Positions 38,084-50,972 of a DNA stretch of 64,000 nt are shown here, piece by piece (position 1 is the stretch's first letter; every line of letters starts with the position of its first letter). The stretch is from Parasitella parasitica NRRL 2501 (Eukaryota > Fungi > Mucoromycota), in NCBI GenBank assembly GCA_025201805.1, contig MU619315.1:1-64000 (forward strand), in the 5' to 3' direction. The notes under the pieces were generated by a model. That model saw only the letters and a list, made by a program, of their open reading frames with translations, did no database searches and was not told the DNA's origin. The translations under genes and the position numbers were made by a program.

Positions 38084-39582
38084 ATGTCATCAACGCAGCC
38101 AGATGACACTACCGTCGATGACAACATCGAGATGTGGAAGATGAAAAAATTGATTAAGGGCCTCGAAAATGCTAGAGGGTAATTAGTCATATAAATTTTT
38201 ATTGTAACAGCTTGAAATCTAACATTTCCATAGTAACGGCACTTCTATGATTTCTCTTATTATCCGTAAGTGATATACTTGCCTGATTTATTAAACTCTG
38301 CCTTTAACAGTTTCACCTAGCACCCAAGGGTCAGATCGCTCTTGTCAATAAAATGCTGGTCACTGAAAGCGGCACTGCCTCCAACATTAAATCTCGTGTT
38401 AATCGTTTATCGGTTATGTCTGCTATTGAGTCTACAATGCAACGTTTAAAGTTATACAACAGAGGTAAGCATACATGTTGATGTGGCAGTGAATTTCGTG
38501 GCTAAAATCTGTAATGCGTAGTTCCTAATAATGGACTAGTTATATTCTGTGGTACTATTCTCACTGATGAAGGCAAGGAAAAAAAAGTCAATATCGATTT
38601 TGAACCTATGAAGCCAATCAACACCTCTCTCTATTTGTGCGATAACAAATTTCATGTGGAAGCGTTATCTGAACTTTTAGAAGACGATACAAAGTATGGA
38701 TTCATTGTCATGGACGGTTCAGGCACTCTCTTTGGTACACTTGCTGGTAATACACGTGAAGTCATTCGTAAGATATCTGTCGAATTGCCAAAGAAGCACG
38801 GCCGTGGTGGTCAGTCCGCTCTTCGTTTCTCCCGTCTTCGTGAGGAAGCCAGGCGCAATTACATCCGTAAAATTGCTGAAAACGCTGCTACGATCTTTAT
38901 TACCAATGACAAGGTCAATTGTGCCGGCTTGATTTTGGCAGGTTCTGCTGATTTGAAGAATGAATTGAATTTATCTGAGACCTTTGATGGCCGTCTGAAA
39001 AGCAAAGTCATCAAGGTTGTCGACGTTTCTTACGGTTTTGAAAACGGCTTTAATCAAGCTATTGCTTTGACTTCCGAGACTTTGTCAAATATCAAATACA
39101 TGCAGGAGAAGAAGCTGATCGAAAGCTACTTTGATGAGATCTCTCAAGATACTGGAAAATACTGTTTCGGTATTGGAGATACATTGAAGGCGCTCGAGAT
39201 GGGTGCAGTTGAATCATTGATTGTTTGGGAGAAAATTCCTACTAATCGTTATGTTCTTCGTAACGCCTCTGGTGCCGAAACTGTTGTCCATCCTACTGCT
39301 GAGGAGGAAGCGTCTAAATCTTTCTTGGTCAATGACAGCCCTGACCCCAATTCTAACGCTGAAATGGAAGTTGTTGATAATATGCCTTTGATAGACTGGT
39401 TTACTCTCCATTATAAGGAATTTGGTACCAAACTGGAAATCATCACCGATTGTTCCCAAGAAGGCTCTCAATTTGTTAAGGGTTTTGGTGGAATTGGTGG
39501 TATTCTTCGATATCGCGTCAACTTTGAACAAATCTGCGATTCCGATGACTTCATATCTGATGATGATGATGAATATATCTAG
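38084..39582 (+). CDS. SUP45: Eukaryotic release factor 1 (eRF1), divergent copy; 4 exons (introns 38179-38233, 38266-38320, 38465-38521)
   Basis: [61 protein letters not shown]. Confidence 0.95.
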
Positions 39583-39715
39583 ATTTTTGACCCTTTCCCC
39601 CCCTTTTTTTTTACACGTATCCTCTTGATTTGCACAAACAAACTGGCTTTCTCAATCACGCCCACTCCTCGAATTTATGCATAATTTTACATATAAATTA
39701 AAAATAAAGTATGCA

Positions 39716-41807
39716 TTAATAGTAATATCTGAATTGTGTCTATAAATTAAAAACGTAAGTATGTGGCATTGCTCTGTTTTAGTAGCAACTAACCTGATGT
39801 TCGTCTTTTTCATTAGCATCGCTGTTGACTTGTTGCAAGTTATCCAATTTACGATTTTGTCTGTATAGATAATAGCTAGTCAATGCTGAAGACAATGCAC
39901 CCAAAAATGCACAGCATAGATTAAATGCATTCCCAAAATCTAAATGTCCAATAATTTATGGCATTTGTAAGGTGAAAGTTTTATACAATTACAACGCTAC
40001 CCGACTTACAATATTCAGGTCCATCCGACGATGGGTACAGATAGCTTCCAACAACACTTCCCGAATTTCCAATCATGACGACCACTGCAACAGCAATAAC
40101 TCTAATCTCGAGATTTGGGTAGTTGATAGCCGACCAGCCTATATTGGCAGGTGCTAACAAACATACGTTGATTATTATCGAGGCAACTTATGATAAGAAT
40201 ACTACAGAATTGCATACCTTGTAATCCGAACCCTGCTGGGATAATGAATAAAGACGCATAACGCGCTTTTGTAAATCATGTTAAATGGCTGTTTCTTTTA
40301 TAGCCTACTTTATATACATACCCCATCGTTCGTGCAAAATCAAAAGCAGCATGTAGCCCATAGCACCAACACTGAATCCAACTGTCATCAGAACACCACG
40401 CTTGTTTTCAAACTTGTCAGCCAAGTATCCGCCCAAGATTATAAAGATTGTTTGAATGACATTTGGGGGAGCCGATAGCAACTGAGACTCCAAGACAGGA
40501 AATCCAAATCCGTCAATAATGGTTGGCGTAAAAACCGTATAGCTTGTGGCAGTGATCATGGTCAAAAAGTATGTCGTAGAAAACAAAACGGTTTTCCAGT
40601 CAAAAATAGATTTTCTAAAGGACAACATTGATAACTTGGCCTCTTTGTCTGGAGTGTGGGTGTATTCGCGATGGAGTGCCTTTTGTGTATCTGTCAGCCA
40701 TGAGACATTTTCGATGCTATCAAACAAGTAGAAGTAGGACACCACACTAAGACAAATGGTAGGAACGCCCTCCAAGATAAACAGGTATTGCCAGCCATGC
40801 AGACCTTTCTGTCCCTCAAGAAATGATGTGCCATATGCAATTGGGCCCGACACAATGCCTGAAACAGAAGACATGCACAGCAAGAGCGCCAAACGTAAAC
40901 CAAAATCTCTGGGACGGTACATCTTGGACATAACATATAGAATACCCGGAATGTAACCACTCTCTGCGGCCCTACATTCATCCATTGTACAGAAACAAAG
41001 TTTAGTCAGGGGATATCGATAATGCATGTCGCATAAAGGGGTTCCTCCTTACCCAAGCAAGAGTCTGCAGACGAGCAGACTATGGAAGTTTTTTGAAAAT
41101 GCCATAACTAATGTCATTACACCCCATAAAAACATGATCAGTGATAGCCACATTACCGCGCTTGTTCGTTTTAAAAAAATGTTAGATGGTATTTCGAAAA
41201 GAAGCTAAATTACAAATATTAGTGTCATGAAATGCAAGTAAATGATTCACTTACATAGGTTATATAGAACGCTGATATCGAGATACTAAGCTCTCTAGGT
41301 GATAACTATTTACACAGAAAAATTCCAAGACGTTTTAATTATTGTCGTCTCCGTACTTTGGACTATCAACCTCCTTTTGCGAACACTTACATGTAAATCA
41401 CTCTGTAGACCTGCTAAACTAATGCATGAAAACAAAAGTCAATTGAAATCAACTCAAAGCAATAAATTTGACACTTACGTTGCATTGCCAATATTTGCTC
41501 GATCTAGGAAATCCATAAAATAAAAGACACAAAACAGTGGCATCATGCGGGAATCAATGATTCTGGTTATCTTTTTTTGTTCTGTGTCTTTGTCGACGAT
41601 ATGCGCAATTAGCTCTTGATCATTTGTTTGGAATCCTTCCTGCTTGTCATTCTTGGTGTTGTAATATTCTCTGTCTTTTTCGTCAAGTTCAATGTTGTTG
41701 AAGGCGCTGTCGCCGACGAATGTCCTGGATGTGGAACCTGTCCTTATCAAATCCATATCACTCCCCAAATCATAGTCAATGTGCTTTGTTTCAATTCTTT
41801 CGAGCAT
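39716..41807 (-). CDS. MFS transporter, anion:cation symporter (Dal5/Tna1-like) family; many exons
   Basis: FMDFLDRANIGNA; ESGYIPGILYVMS; LHGWQYLFILEGVPT; SQLLSAPP; terminal FRYYY*. Confidence 0.9.
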
Positions 41808-43444
41808 TCAAAAAAACAAATAAAGATGTGAGGAAAAAGGGATGAATGTATATTGTAAATCAAGCGTAATTTATAGTTTCACAACTTGGCATCTTGATGA
41901 TATCTGTTCTGGCCCTTTTCTGGATGATATTCAAAGCACATCTAGAGATTTACAAAATCCATTTAAGGATTTTAACGGCCATCCCCATTACGCATAATAA
42001 AACCGAGAAGCTCAAGAACCTGTTACCTCAATTGTTTTTTTTGTTCCCCAAACGAAACTGAGTAATAGAACTTCCTATGAAATCAATATAGTATACAGTA
42101 GCCATGATTTCATACACAGGTATATACACGCACATATCTATGATGAGTTCATCGAAAATAGGAACAACCCCTATTACAGAAAATTAAGATTTCTTTAATT
42201 TACTGTGCGCAAATACTCCTTTTTACACATCTCCAAAGCTTCTTATGACTTAAATTCTGGGTTTCTGGTTTATTTGATTATGGAGTGTATGTTTAATAAT
42301 ATGAAGGTCTCAACCTCCTATTTATTCTAGTTTCATATATGGATTTTTTCCAACTGAAAGTCTCAGTTTTCTTTTTCAACAAAGATTGCGATATCCCCTC
42401 CAACCTGCAATTATGGATGGCAGATTGTCGAGCTTGACCTTCAATGTAATCATGCGCTGAATATGTCATGGCATCGATTTCCACCAATTATTTTATCAGC
42501 ATACACAAGCTAGACACGACGATGATGATGATGTTTTAAATTTACAAATATGAAATGACAGATTTTTTACTTGGTGTTTTTGGAAATTTCATATCATCGC
42601 TATTGAATTTTGTCGAAAACGCACGAAAAAAATAAAGTATGCATAAAAATCCAACAGATATCTTGTTTAAAAAGTTAACAAACAATATTTATAGATCAAA
42701 ATATCAGATAGTTTTTTCTCGACCAAGCATAACTTAGATTTTATACCAACTACTGTCTACAAAAACCACTAACAATTACTGTAGACGAAATATGTGCAAC
42801 TTTTCTCGAATACTCCCATAATGAGAGCTGTCCACATGATTGGATTTTTAGTAGTAATAATGTTTTATTTTCTGCAGAAAGAGTATTGACCATTGTCAAT
42901 TCTGCGAAATTATTGGCACAGCCAAGTTCAGATATGTATATGACAGCCAACTATCACCATCGTATATGATCAGTGCGTTATTTAGGCTTTGTAACTTGTT
43001 GAATATATTATAGGTTGTAATCAGTAATGATTTCGTACAAAAACTAAATGTTTTGTCATCATTATCAAAAAGACATTTCCAGATATTTGCTCACAACTTC
43101 TGCTAAAATGACTGTAGAACCAAGATCTAACTTGGAAAACTTAGCATTGACTCATCTCTATCTGGCAACGACATTCGCATTCATGTTTTTATTGATATCC
43201 ATAAAGTTACCAGATGATATCATGGATTTTCATATCACAATTGCATATAATCACTGATGCGCTTCGATAATGAGCAAAATAAAGCCTGTTTTCTTATGCG
43301 CCATAAAAATAGGCATGATCATCGCTCAATGAGCATAACTTGCGATATCTGTATCAAAAGTCGCGTTATACTTCTGGCTCCATTGTTCTTTGATCAAAAT
43401 GATTCTTAACCTTAAATACTATTTATCTTCTATCATCCGATCTA

Positions 43445-43810
43445 CCAGCTTTTTGTGTTGGAATTGATATGAAAGGCGGATTGACTAAGAAAGACACAAA
43501 TTTGTTGTCAGTTTGCTGCCATTTTGAACCCAATTGTACCTTTTTTGTTGAATCGTTTCTTCTTCAGACTGAAATTGTGCCTGTTTAATGGATAGATTGC
43601 ACTCAGTTGGCATGAATGTATAAATGGTGCTAATATAAACATCAAGGTGTGCAAAGCTTTGCGTTAGACTTACTGCCATTTTAGTTACAATAACACAAGG
43701 ATTTTCGTCAATGCAGATTACATACTCCTCCTCGTAATAACGTTTAGCCCATCTCTTTGCTGCTCGGACGCGAATACTCAATTGTCTCGCAGCTGCAGAA
43801 GCATTCAAGC
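43445..43810 (-). mobile_element. Degenerate Tc1/mariner (IS630-like) transposase fragment
   Basis: HTH NASAAARQLSIRVRAAKRWAKRYY; DENP..SLTQSFAHLDVYISTIYTFMPTECNLSIKQAQFQ; RYNWVQ; frameshifted FLSQSAFHIN (degraded FxDESAFHIN). It carries an internal deletion and stops. Confidence 0.8.
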
Positions 43811-44099
43811 ACTTGCTTCAGCAGAATGAATTGCACTGTTACAGCATTTGGATCAGTCGACATTGTTATTGGATAGGCAATTTTTTGATAGGCCATCAAA
43901 GTCAAAATCAGCGAATTCACTTTCTCAAATGACTGTGTCAAACATGATAGTGTATACAGTGTGTTGAAGATGCGGTCTACCGGGTTTAAGGGTCAGAGTA
44001 GGTCTAAAGGGTATCAAGGTTAGAGCAGATCCACAGGAAATAAGGCCGATCTTGGGCCGGCTCACAGGAATTAAGCGCGAAATTCCGTCAGTATCCATC

Positions 44100-44108
44100 C
44101 TGACTCAT
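44100..44108 (+). promoter_or_regulatory. Gcn4/CpcA (AP-1-type) site upstream of tryptophan synthase
   Basis: CTGACTCAT lies about 120 bp upstream of the ATG of an amino-acid biosynthesis gene. Confidence 0.55.
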
Positions 44109-44225
44109 TTCAACTCCCAATCAAACTGACACTTTGCAACAACGACATCAATTTTCCGGATTGTTTAAATAAGACACGACTTTTTTTTTTTTTGGATACA
44201 CCAAACTTTCTTTCATCCATAGTAA

Positions 44226-46547
44226 ATGTCTGCCGCACTCCGTAACGCATTTGAAACAGCCAAAAAGCAAAGTAAATCTCTTTGTCGCCGCGTCAGCCTG
44301 AAGAATGTCTAACTGATTTATCTACATAGATCGTCCCGCATTTGTCACTTTTCTGACAGCTGGCTATCCCAGTCCGGACGACACTGTAGAGACTCTGTTG
44401 GCCTTGGAAAGAGGCGGTGCCGATGTCATTGAATTAGGTACGTAAATGGTTTTTTTTTACTTTGTATTTGTGGGAGTGCGTGTGAGAGCTAATTGGAGTC
44501 ACTTCCAGGCATTCCTTTTACTGACCCTATCGCTGATGGACCTACTATTCAATATGCAAGCACTGTAAGTAGAGAGAGAGAGAGAGAGAGAGAAAGATCT
44601 TAAGCGCAACCCAAGTTTATCAAAATGACTCATTTCGTACTTGACTAGATTGCGCTCAAGCATAAGACTGATATCAAAATGTGTCTTGACATGGTACGCA
44701 AAGCCCGTGCTCGTGGATTAGAGGCGCCTGTCGTTTTCATGGGCTACTACAACCCTATCCTTGCATATGGCGAAGAAGAGATGGTGCGTGATTGTAAGGA
44801 AGCTGGCGTCAATGGATTCATTTTGGTTGATTTGCCTCCTGAGGAATCCCACATCTTCCGTGATATTTGTTCCAAATACCATTTGTCTTACGTTCCTCTT
44901 ATTGCCCCCTCTACTACTGAAGATCGTATTAGACTGCTTGCCAAGCTTGCGGATTCATTCATCTATGTCGTCTCTCGCATGGGTGTTACCGGTGCTAAAG
45001 ATACTGTCAGCACTGAATTGCCCGCCATTATTGCTCGTGTCAAAAAGTATACTCAAGCTCCCTTGGCTGTAGGTTTTGGTGTTTCCACCCGTGAACACTT
45101 TGTCGAAGTTGGCGCTCATTCTGAAGGTGTTGTTATTGGATCCCGCATCATCACTCTGATTGATGAAGCCGTGAAGGAAAAGCAGGATGTCGCTAAAACC
45201 GTCGAGAGATATGCTGCTGAGGTTACTGGCCGTACTGAGCCTGTTCAAACCATTGCTGGTACCCATGCTTCCTTTGCTGATCTGGAAGTCAATGACGCTG
45301 CTGGCCGTGGTCCCTTCACCCCTGATGATATCAAGAACTTCTATCAGATGGATCCTCGTTTCGGTACTTTTGGCGGCGCTTATGTTCCGGAAGCGCTTGT
45401 TGATTGCCTCACCCAACTTGAAACTTGCTTCAGAGATGCAATGGCCGACCCTGAGTTCAAGAAAGAATTTCAATCATATTACGACTACATCTCTCGTCCT
45501 TCTCAACTTCAATTTGCCAATCGTTTGACTAAGGATGCTGGCGGAGCCAAGATCTGGTTGAAGCGTGAGGATTTGAATCACACGGGCTCTCACAAGATCA
45601 ATAACGCAGTCGGTCAAATTTTGCTTGCAAAACGTCTTGGTAAGAAACGTATCATTGCTGAAACTGGTGCCGGCCAACATGGTGTAGCTACTGCTACTGT
45701 CTGTGCCAAGTTTGGTTTGGAATGTGTTGTATATATGGGTGAGGAGGATTGTCGTCGCCAAGCACTCAATGTCTTCCGCATGCGAATGTTGGGTGCCTCT
45801 GTCGTCCCCGTCAAGACTGGCTCCAGAACTTTAAAGGATGCTATCAACGAAGCTATGCGTGATTGGGTCGCCAATGTTTCTACTACTCATTACCTTGTTG
45901 GTTCTGCTATCGGCCCCCACCCGTTCCCTCAAATTGTCCGTGAATTTCAGTCTGTTATTGGAAAGGAAACCAAGCGTCAAATGCTTGAAAAGGCCGGCAA
46001 GTTACCTGATGCTGTCGTTGCATGTGTTGGTGGTGGTTCAAATGCAATTGGTATGTTCCACCCCTTTGTCGAAGATAAATCCGTCCGCATTTATGGCGTT
46101 GAAGCTGGCGGTGATGGCGTTGATACCGAGAAGCATTCTGCTACACTGACAAAAGGTACTCCAGGTGTCCTTCATGGCACTCGTACCTACCTCCTGCAGG
46201 ATCCCAAGGGCCAAATCATTGAGACACACTCTGTCAGCGCTGGTTTAGATTACCCAGGTGTTGGCCCTGAACATGCTTATTTGAAGGATCTTGGCAGAGC
46301 CGAGTACCTCGTTGCTAATGACGCTGATTGTTTGCTAGGCTTCAAGAAGTTGACTCAATTAGAAGGCATCATCCCTGCCTTAGAGTCATCTCATGCTGTT
46401 TTTGCTGCATTGAAGATTGCTGCTGATCTTCCCGAGGATAAGGATATTGTTATTTGTCTTTCTGGTAGGGGCGACAAGGATATGCACACTGTCACCGAAG
46501 TTTTGCCTAGATTAGGTCCCGAGATTGGCTGGGATTTGCGTTTTTAA
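44226..46547 (+). CDS. TRP5: Tryptophan synthase, fused alpha-beta; 4 exons
   Basis: Alpha: [16 protein letters not shown]|[14 protein letters not shown]. Beta: [17 protein letters not shown] (PLP Lys), [27 protein letters not shown]. Confidence 0.97.
44571..44593. repeat. (AG)n microsatellite in TRP5 intron 3
   Basis: Direct read of the sequence. Confidence 0.9.
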
Positions 46548-46983
46548 ATTATAAAGGGTTTCTTTTTAATTGATGCTCATATGTAGCTTTTAAATCATTT
46601 ACCCCCCCTTTGCTAAATTATATAATTGTACAGTATTACTGATTTAATGAAATATATATATATATATATAAAAATAAATTCATTTTGCATATATTCTTTA
46701 CATTAATCAAGAGTACACATTTCTGCAACAAGTATCCTGCGATCGAAGCAAAAGTCTCGAGAAGAAGCCCTTTTTTTTTCTTTTTTTTTTCATGTAAACT
46801 TGTCGTTTACAACTACAATAGCCATAAATTTGGTTCTTCCTCTTCTGAGAGATGATTAAATTACAAATTTTCTTCCCAAGCAAGTTGGTGCAAGCTTCAA
46901 ATATACTTTGTAGCATTCCACACTCTACTCTTTTATTTCTAGAAAGCCATGTGCTAATATACAAACAGAAATGCTGCTGCAAG

Positions 46984-48497
46984 TTAGTAAACGTTGTATA
47001 TGTTTTCCTTGCAAGTTTGTGATATGCCAAAATATCTAATGTATTTATATAACTCGACAGTCAACTCCAGCTCATTAAGGGAATGTGATTTCACCTACGT
47101 GTAATGGTCAATTGCCTCGCCATATCCAAGGCTACTTGAGCAATTCTTTGTTTCATACGGTCCAGGACAAACCACTATACAGCATATACATGGTTGGTGA
47201 GCGCTCAGACTCTTGACCAATGGTAACCCACATATTTGTTTTTTTTACCTAATTGTTGTGCTGCGCTGGAGCTTAACCAGTATTCGTCTCCCTCGTGCTG
47301 TATAAATGTAAAAATATACGTTATTTGCCTGGGGCATCATAAATTATCAGCCATAAAACCCTTACAGTAAATCCATCAGCAACACTGGGCACATGTGTCA
47401 AGTCTTGACATGGCATAAGAATTAGTATTTGCTCTCACGTTGATGCATGACAATCATATTTGCATACCATCAGCTTCTTGCACGTATCTTTTGATTATGA
47501 TATTCTTCTCGGCGACATAGGCTGCATACGCTTTATCGCCTACACGAGGCTTACCTAGTAGGTAGCCAGCAAGATTTGTATGGTTCAATTGGGGGAGACG
47601 TTGAGCTAAATCAACAGTTAACAGTGAACCGATGCCTGCACCGTATGAATGTCTATATTATGTGCAAGCAATTAAGAGAAAAGAATCTACCAAAGTAATC
47701 TCTGTCACAAGTACCCTGCAATTCTAATATGGTATTCAGGATGTAACTTCAATTGGTCTCTAATTGTGCGATAAACGATATCTCTTATGTCGATCATGGA
47801 ACTGAGCAACCCCGTCTGCACTTTGACACCTGGAATTCGAGGGTGAGGCACAAGCTGTCTTTGCAGGCTCTATTTTAAACTTTTATCAGTACCCATTCTA
47901 TAGTGTGGACGTATATTCATCGTACAACTATTTTGTTACGGATAGATGAATCTGATCTTAGCATTACATACAGCCTTTTTGCCCTATAAATTGTCGTTAT
48001 TAGAAATTCCATGGTCAAAGATTGGGCCTGGATCTTTACTTTTCTGATCGAAGAATGTATCCATGAACACCCAAAGGATGGGTAGCAAAAGTGCGGATAA
48101 CCACTCCATCAGGCACAGTTGTATTACAGTATTCGCCGCAATCCCACTTGTCATAGCTAGCTTTACAGTTAGAAGCAGCGCACATTTTGGCATAAAAGAC
48201 TGCCTCTTGATATTCGCTGGACGTGTTCTGGTACATGTATACCTTTGGTGCAATTGCGAGTCCTGCCTCGTCTTGGGCTAGCTCTCTGTGATATTTATTG
48301 AATGACTCTAGTAATTTTTCCAGTAATTCAGCAAGATTGGTAACCGTGTCAATGATAGGAGTCAATGCAACAAAAGGGTCACTGTTAGGGCTGTTGCTTG
48401 CTACTGCTGTTGCTGCTGTTGCTGCTGCTGAAGGCAAGAATAGTTGGCATTGAGTTACTGACACAAAAAGCAGAATGAGAAGTTTCTGGAAAATCAT
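46984..48497 (-). CDS. Secreted class 3 lipase-like protein (copy A); ~8 exons
   Basis: Signal peptide; CAASNC..KWDCGEYC; G|HSYGAG nucleophile elbow; GKPRVGD; ADDLTHVP; HEGDEYW; DHYTYFGI. Confidence 0.88.
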
Positions 48498-48777
48498 TTT
48501 GATGGTGCAAGAACGTCTGCAATGGAGCTTTTAGTATATTTATATCGCAATGGGCACATTCATTTGGATCCGAGATTCAACACAACCACAAATTCCACAA
48601 GACGTGGAATGTTGATATTAGAACCAACTGTAGTTCAAGTAAATGCAAGGAAACAGAGGTATAAAAATGTGTGTATTATATAAAAGATTGCTTTATGATA
48701 TGTGGGATAAATGGGATAGTAAATAGTTATAGTGTATATAGCAAAAAGAAAAAAAAAAAAAAAGTGTTGCATCATGT

Positions 48778-49588
48778 TTATCCATTCCCAGAATGATGAT
48801 TCAAGCCATAGTTGGACCTACTGTTATAGCGCCATTGTTTGTCCATATGGTCATCAGCTAGGGCAGCTGGTTCTGTGGGCGTGTTGGGGGTACTACTCTC
48901 ATTTGAGTTGCAATCCTTCATCGAAAGTTGGTTGAACGATCTTTCAATACCCCCACTATTGGCCTCTTCACTTCTTGCAGCTTCTCTGACTAGAAGAGAT
49001 TCCAAATCTTGAGATTGATTCCAAAGATCCAGCAAATCATCTCCATACGATTGCAAAACATCAATGTCCACAAACAAGTTGTAATTGTTCAAGCGTAGAA
49101 ATTCCAGCTCCAAGGAGTTCAATTCAGCCACTGGCAATCCTCCCACCTACACCCAGGCTAGTTTAGTGGTTACAATGAATACAAGGTCAGCATCCTCACA
49201 CTACCTTGGCATATCGTGTATTCGTAAAGAATACGTCAGAGTATAGTTTACTAGAGATCATTAGTCCAGTGATGATCAGTCTATGGACGTTGTACGAATC
49301 GACATGAAGAGGCTTAAGACCCAGCTTTGGGTCCGGTTGGGTCATACGGTCGAAATAGACCAGAATGGCTATTAAACATTCATTTGCGCATGGACAGTAT
49401 TTCAGAATACGAGTGAAATAGGCATAAATGGCGATGCTGGGTATAGAGCGAGCGTGAAAGCAAGTGTACTGCCTCTTTTCTGGATATAATTGATCGTTCC
49501 TTTGCGTAATCTTTTCCAGCAACGTTGTTAATAATTTGATGGTATCTTTTACAGGATGTGTAGCGAGGTTAAAATGCGGTGAATCCAT
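48778..49588 (-). CDS. PHO80-family (Pcl/U-type) cyclin; 2 exons
   Basis: TCFHARSIPSIAIYAYFTRILKYCP...NVHRLIITGLMISSKLYSDVFFTNTRYAKV|GGLPVAELNSLELEFL. Confidence 0.92.
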
Positions 49589-49972
49589 GAGAAAACAAGA
49601 CAAAAACAAAACAAAAAAAAAGATGAGAAAAAAGGGCGAAATTAATATGCAGTGAAATCCTTTATTACTACTACCTATTGCTCCAATTTGCAATGAATAT
49701 CACGTCATCAACATGTTCATGTAAAAAAAAGGGGTGTAATGAATAAAGCAAAGCGTCTCGAGGCACAGTCAATTCATTGTGAGACCAAGGGCAAGCCGCC
49801 AGATGTCTTTTTCATGCAAAAAAGTGATTCCATGTCCCTCTTGAATTGATATCAATATTAGGAATACATGTACTTGTTTGCTTTGATTAAATTTGATCAG
49901 CGAAGCACATACAACAACAAGCCTCTTTTTTTTTTTTGCTTCTCTCTTTCTTTCTTCATCTTGCTTCTACAC

Positions 49973-50923
49973 ATGAGTAAATCTCAAAGTCAACCTGAAC
50001 GTCGCCCTGACAATGAAATCGACCAGGATCGCTTGGATGTTTTAATTCAAAGGGCCCAAGAGGTTATTGCAAAAGATGACAAGGAGGTGCCTGCATTCTG
50101 GAAGACCAAGTACATTAAAGAAGCAGCAAGGAATTGGGATTTATTCTACAAGCGCAACACAACAAAATTCTTCAAAGGTATACTTGATTCATTTATTTAC
50201 GGCAGCAGAGAGAAAGAGATTCATCCTTTGCAACTGTAGATCGTCATTGGACAGATCGTGAATTCAGAGAACTGGCAGATCAGTCAAAGGATCAAAAATG
50301 TCTCGAAGTGGGATGTGGGGTCGGCAACTTTGTGTTCCCATTGTTAGCAGACAACCCGCACATGTTTGTTTATGCCTGTGATTTCTCTAAGCGTGCAGTC
50401 GACATGGTGAAAGCAAACGCAAACTACGACGAATCCAGATGCAAAGCATTTGTATGCGATTTGACGGCCGATCAATTGACTGATAATATCCATGCGAATT
50501 CTCTAGACTTGGTAAGTGTTATTGTAGCACGGTTCACTCGATATCTGACTGAAGGGCGGCGCAAAGGTGTCAGCCATCTTTGTCTTTTCAGCTATCCCAC
50601 CCGAGAAAATGAGCATTGCCATCAAAAATATTTACAGTGTGCTGAAACCTGGAGGACAGGTGATTTTCCGAGATTACGGCATTTACGACGAGGCACAAGT
50701 AAAGTTCAGCGCTGCGTCAGACAAACGCCTAGATAGCAACTTTTACGTGCGCCAGGATGGCACCATGAGCTACTTTTTCTCAACAAAAGACCTGCAAGCA
50801 AGGTTCGAAGCAGAGAATTTCAAAACGATAGACTGCCAGTACGTTTATAGAGAAACCATCAATCGCGGCATGGAAAAACGAATTGATAGAATCTTTGCTC
50901 AAGCGAAATTCCAAAAACAATAA
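49973..50923 (+). CDS. METTL6: tRNA m3C methyltransferase METTL6/Trm141-like; 3 exons
   Basis: ARNWDLFYKRNTTKFFK|DRHWTDREF; LEVGCGVGN; YACDFS; FRDYGIYD; FYVRQDGTMSYFF. Confidence 0.9.
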
Positions 50924-50972
50924 AAACGCTTTATTTTTAAAATATAAAATATCTCAACTGACTTGTAGAATC

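Noticed and set aside
43980-44025. G-rich GGGTTTAAGGG...AAGGTTAG stretch resembling telomeric repeats
   Set aside because: Too short and irregular, with no consistent repeat unit.
44955-46229. Antisense and alternate-frame ORFs over TRP5, and likewise over the CLIP-170-like, KAP123, F-box and dioxygenase genes
   Set aside because: These are shadow ORFs caused by codon bias in real genes and carry no independent motifs.
44226-46547. Alpha-beta fusion of tryptophan synthase
   Set aside because: This is the normal fungal architecture.
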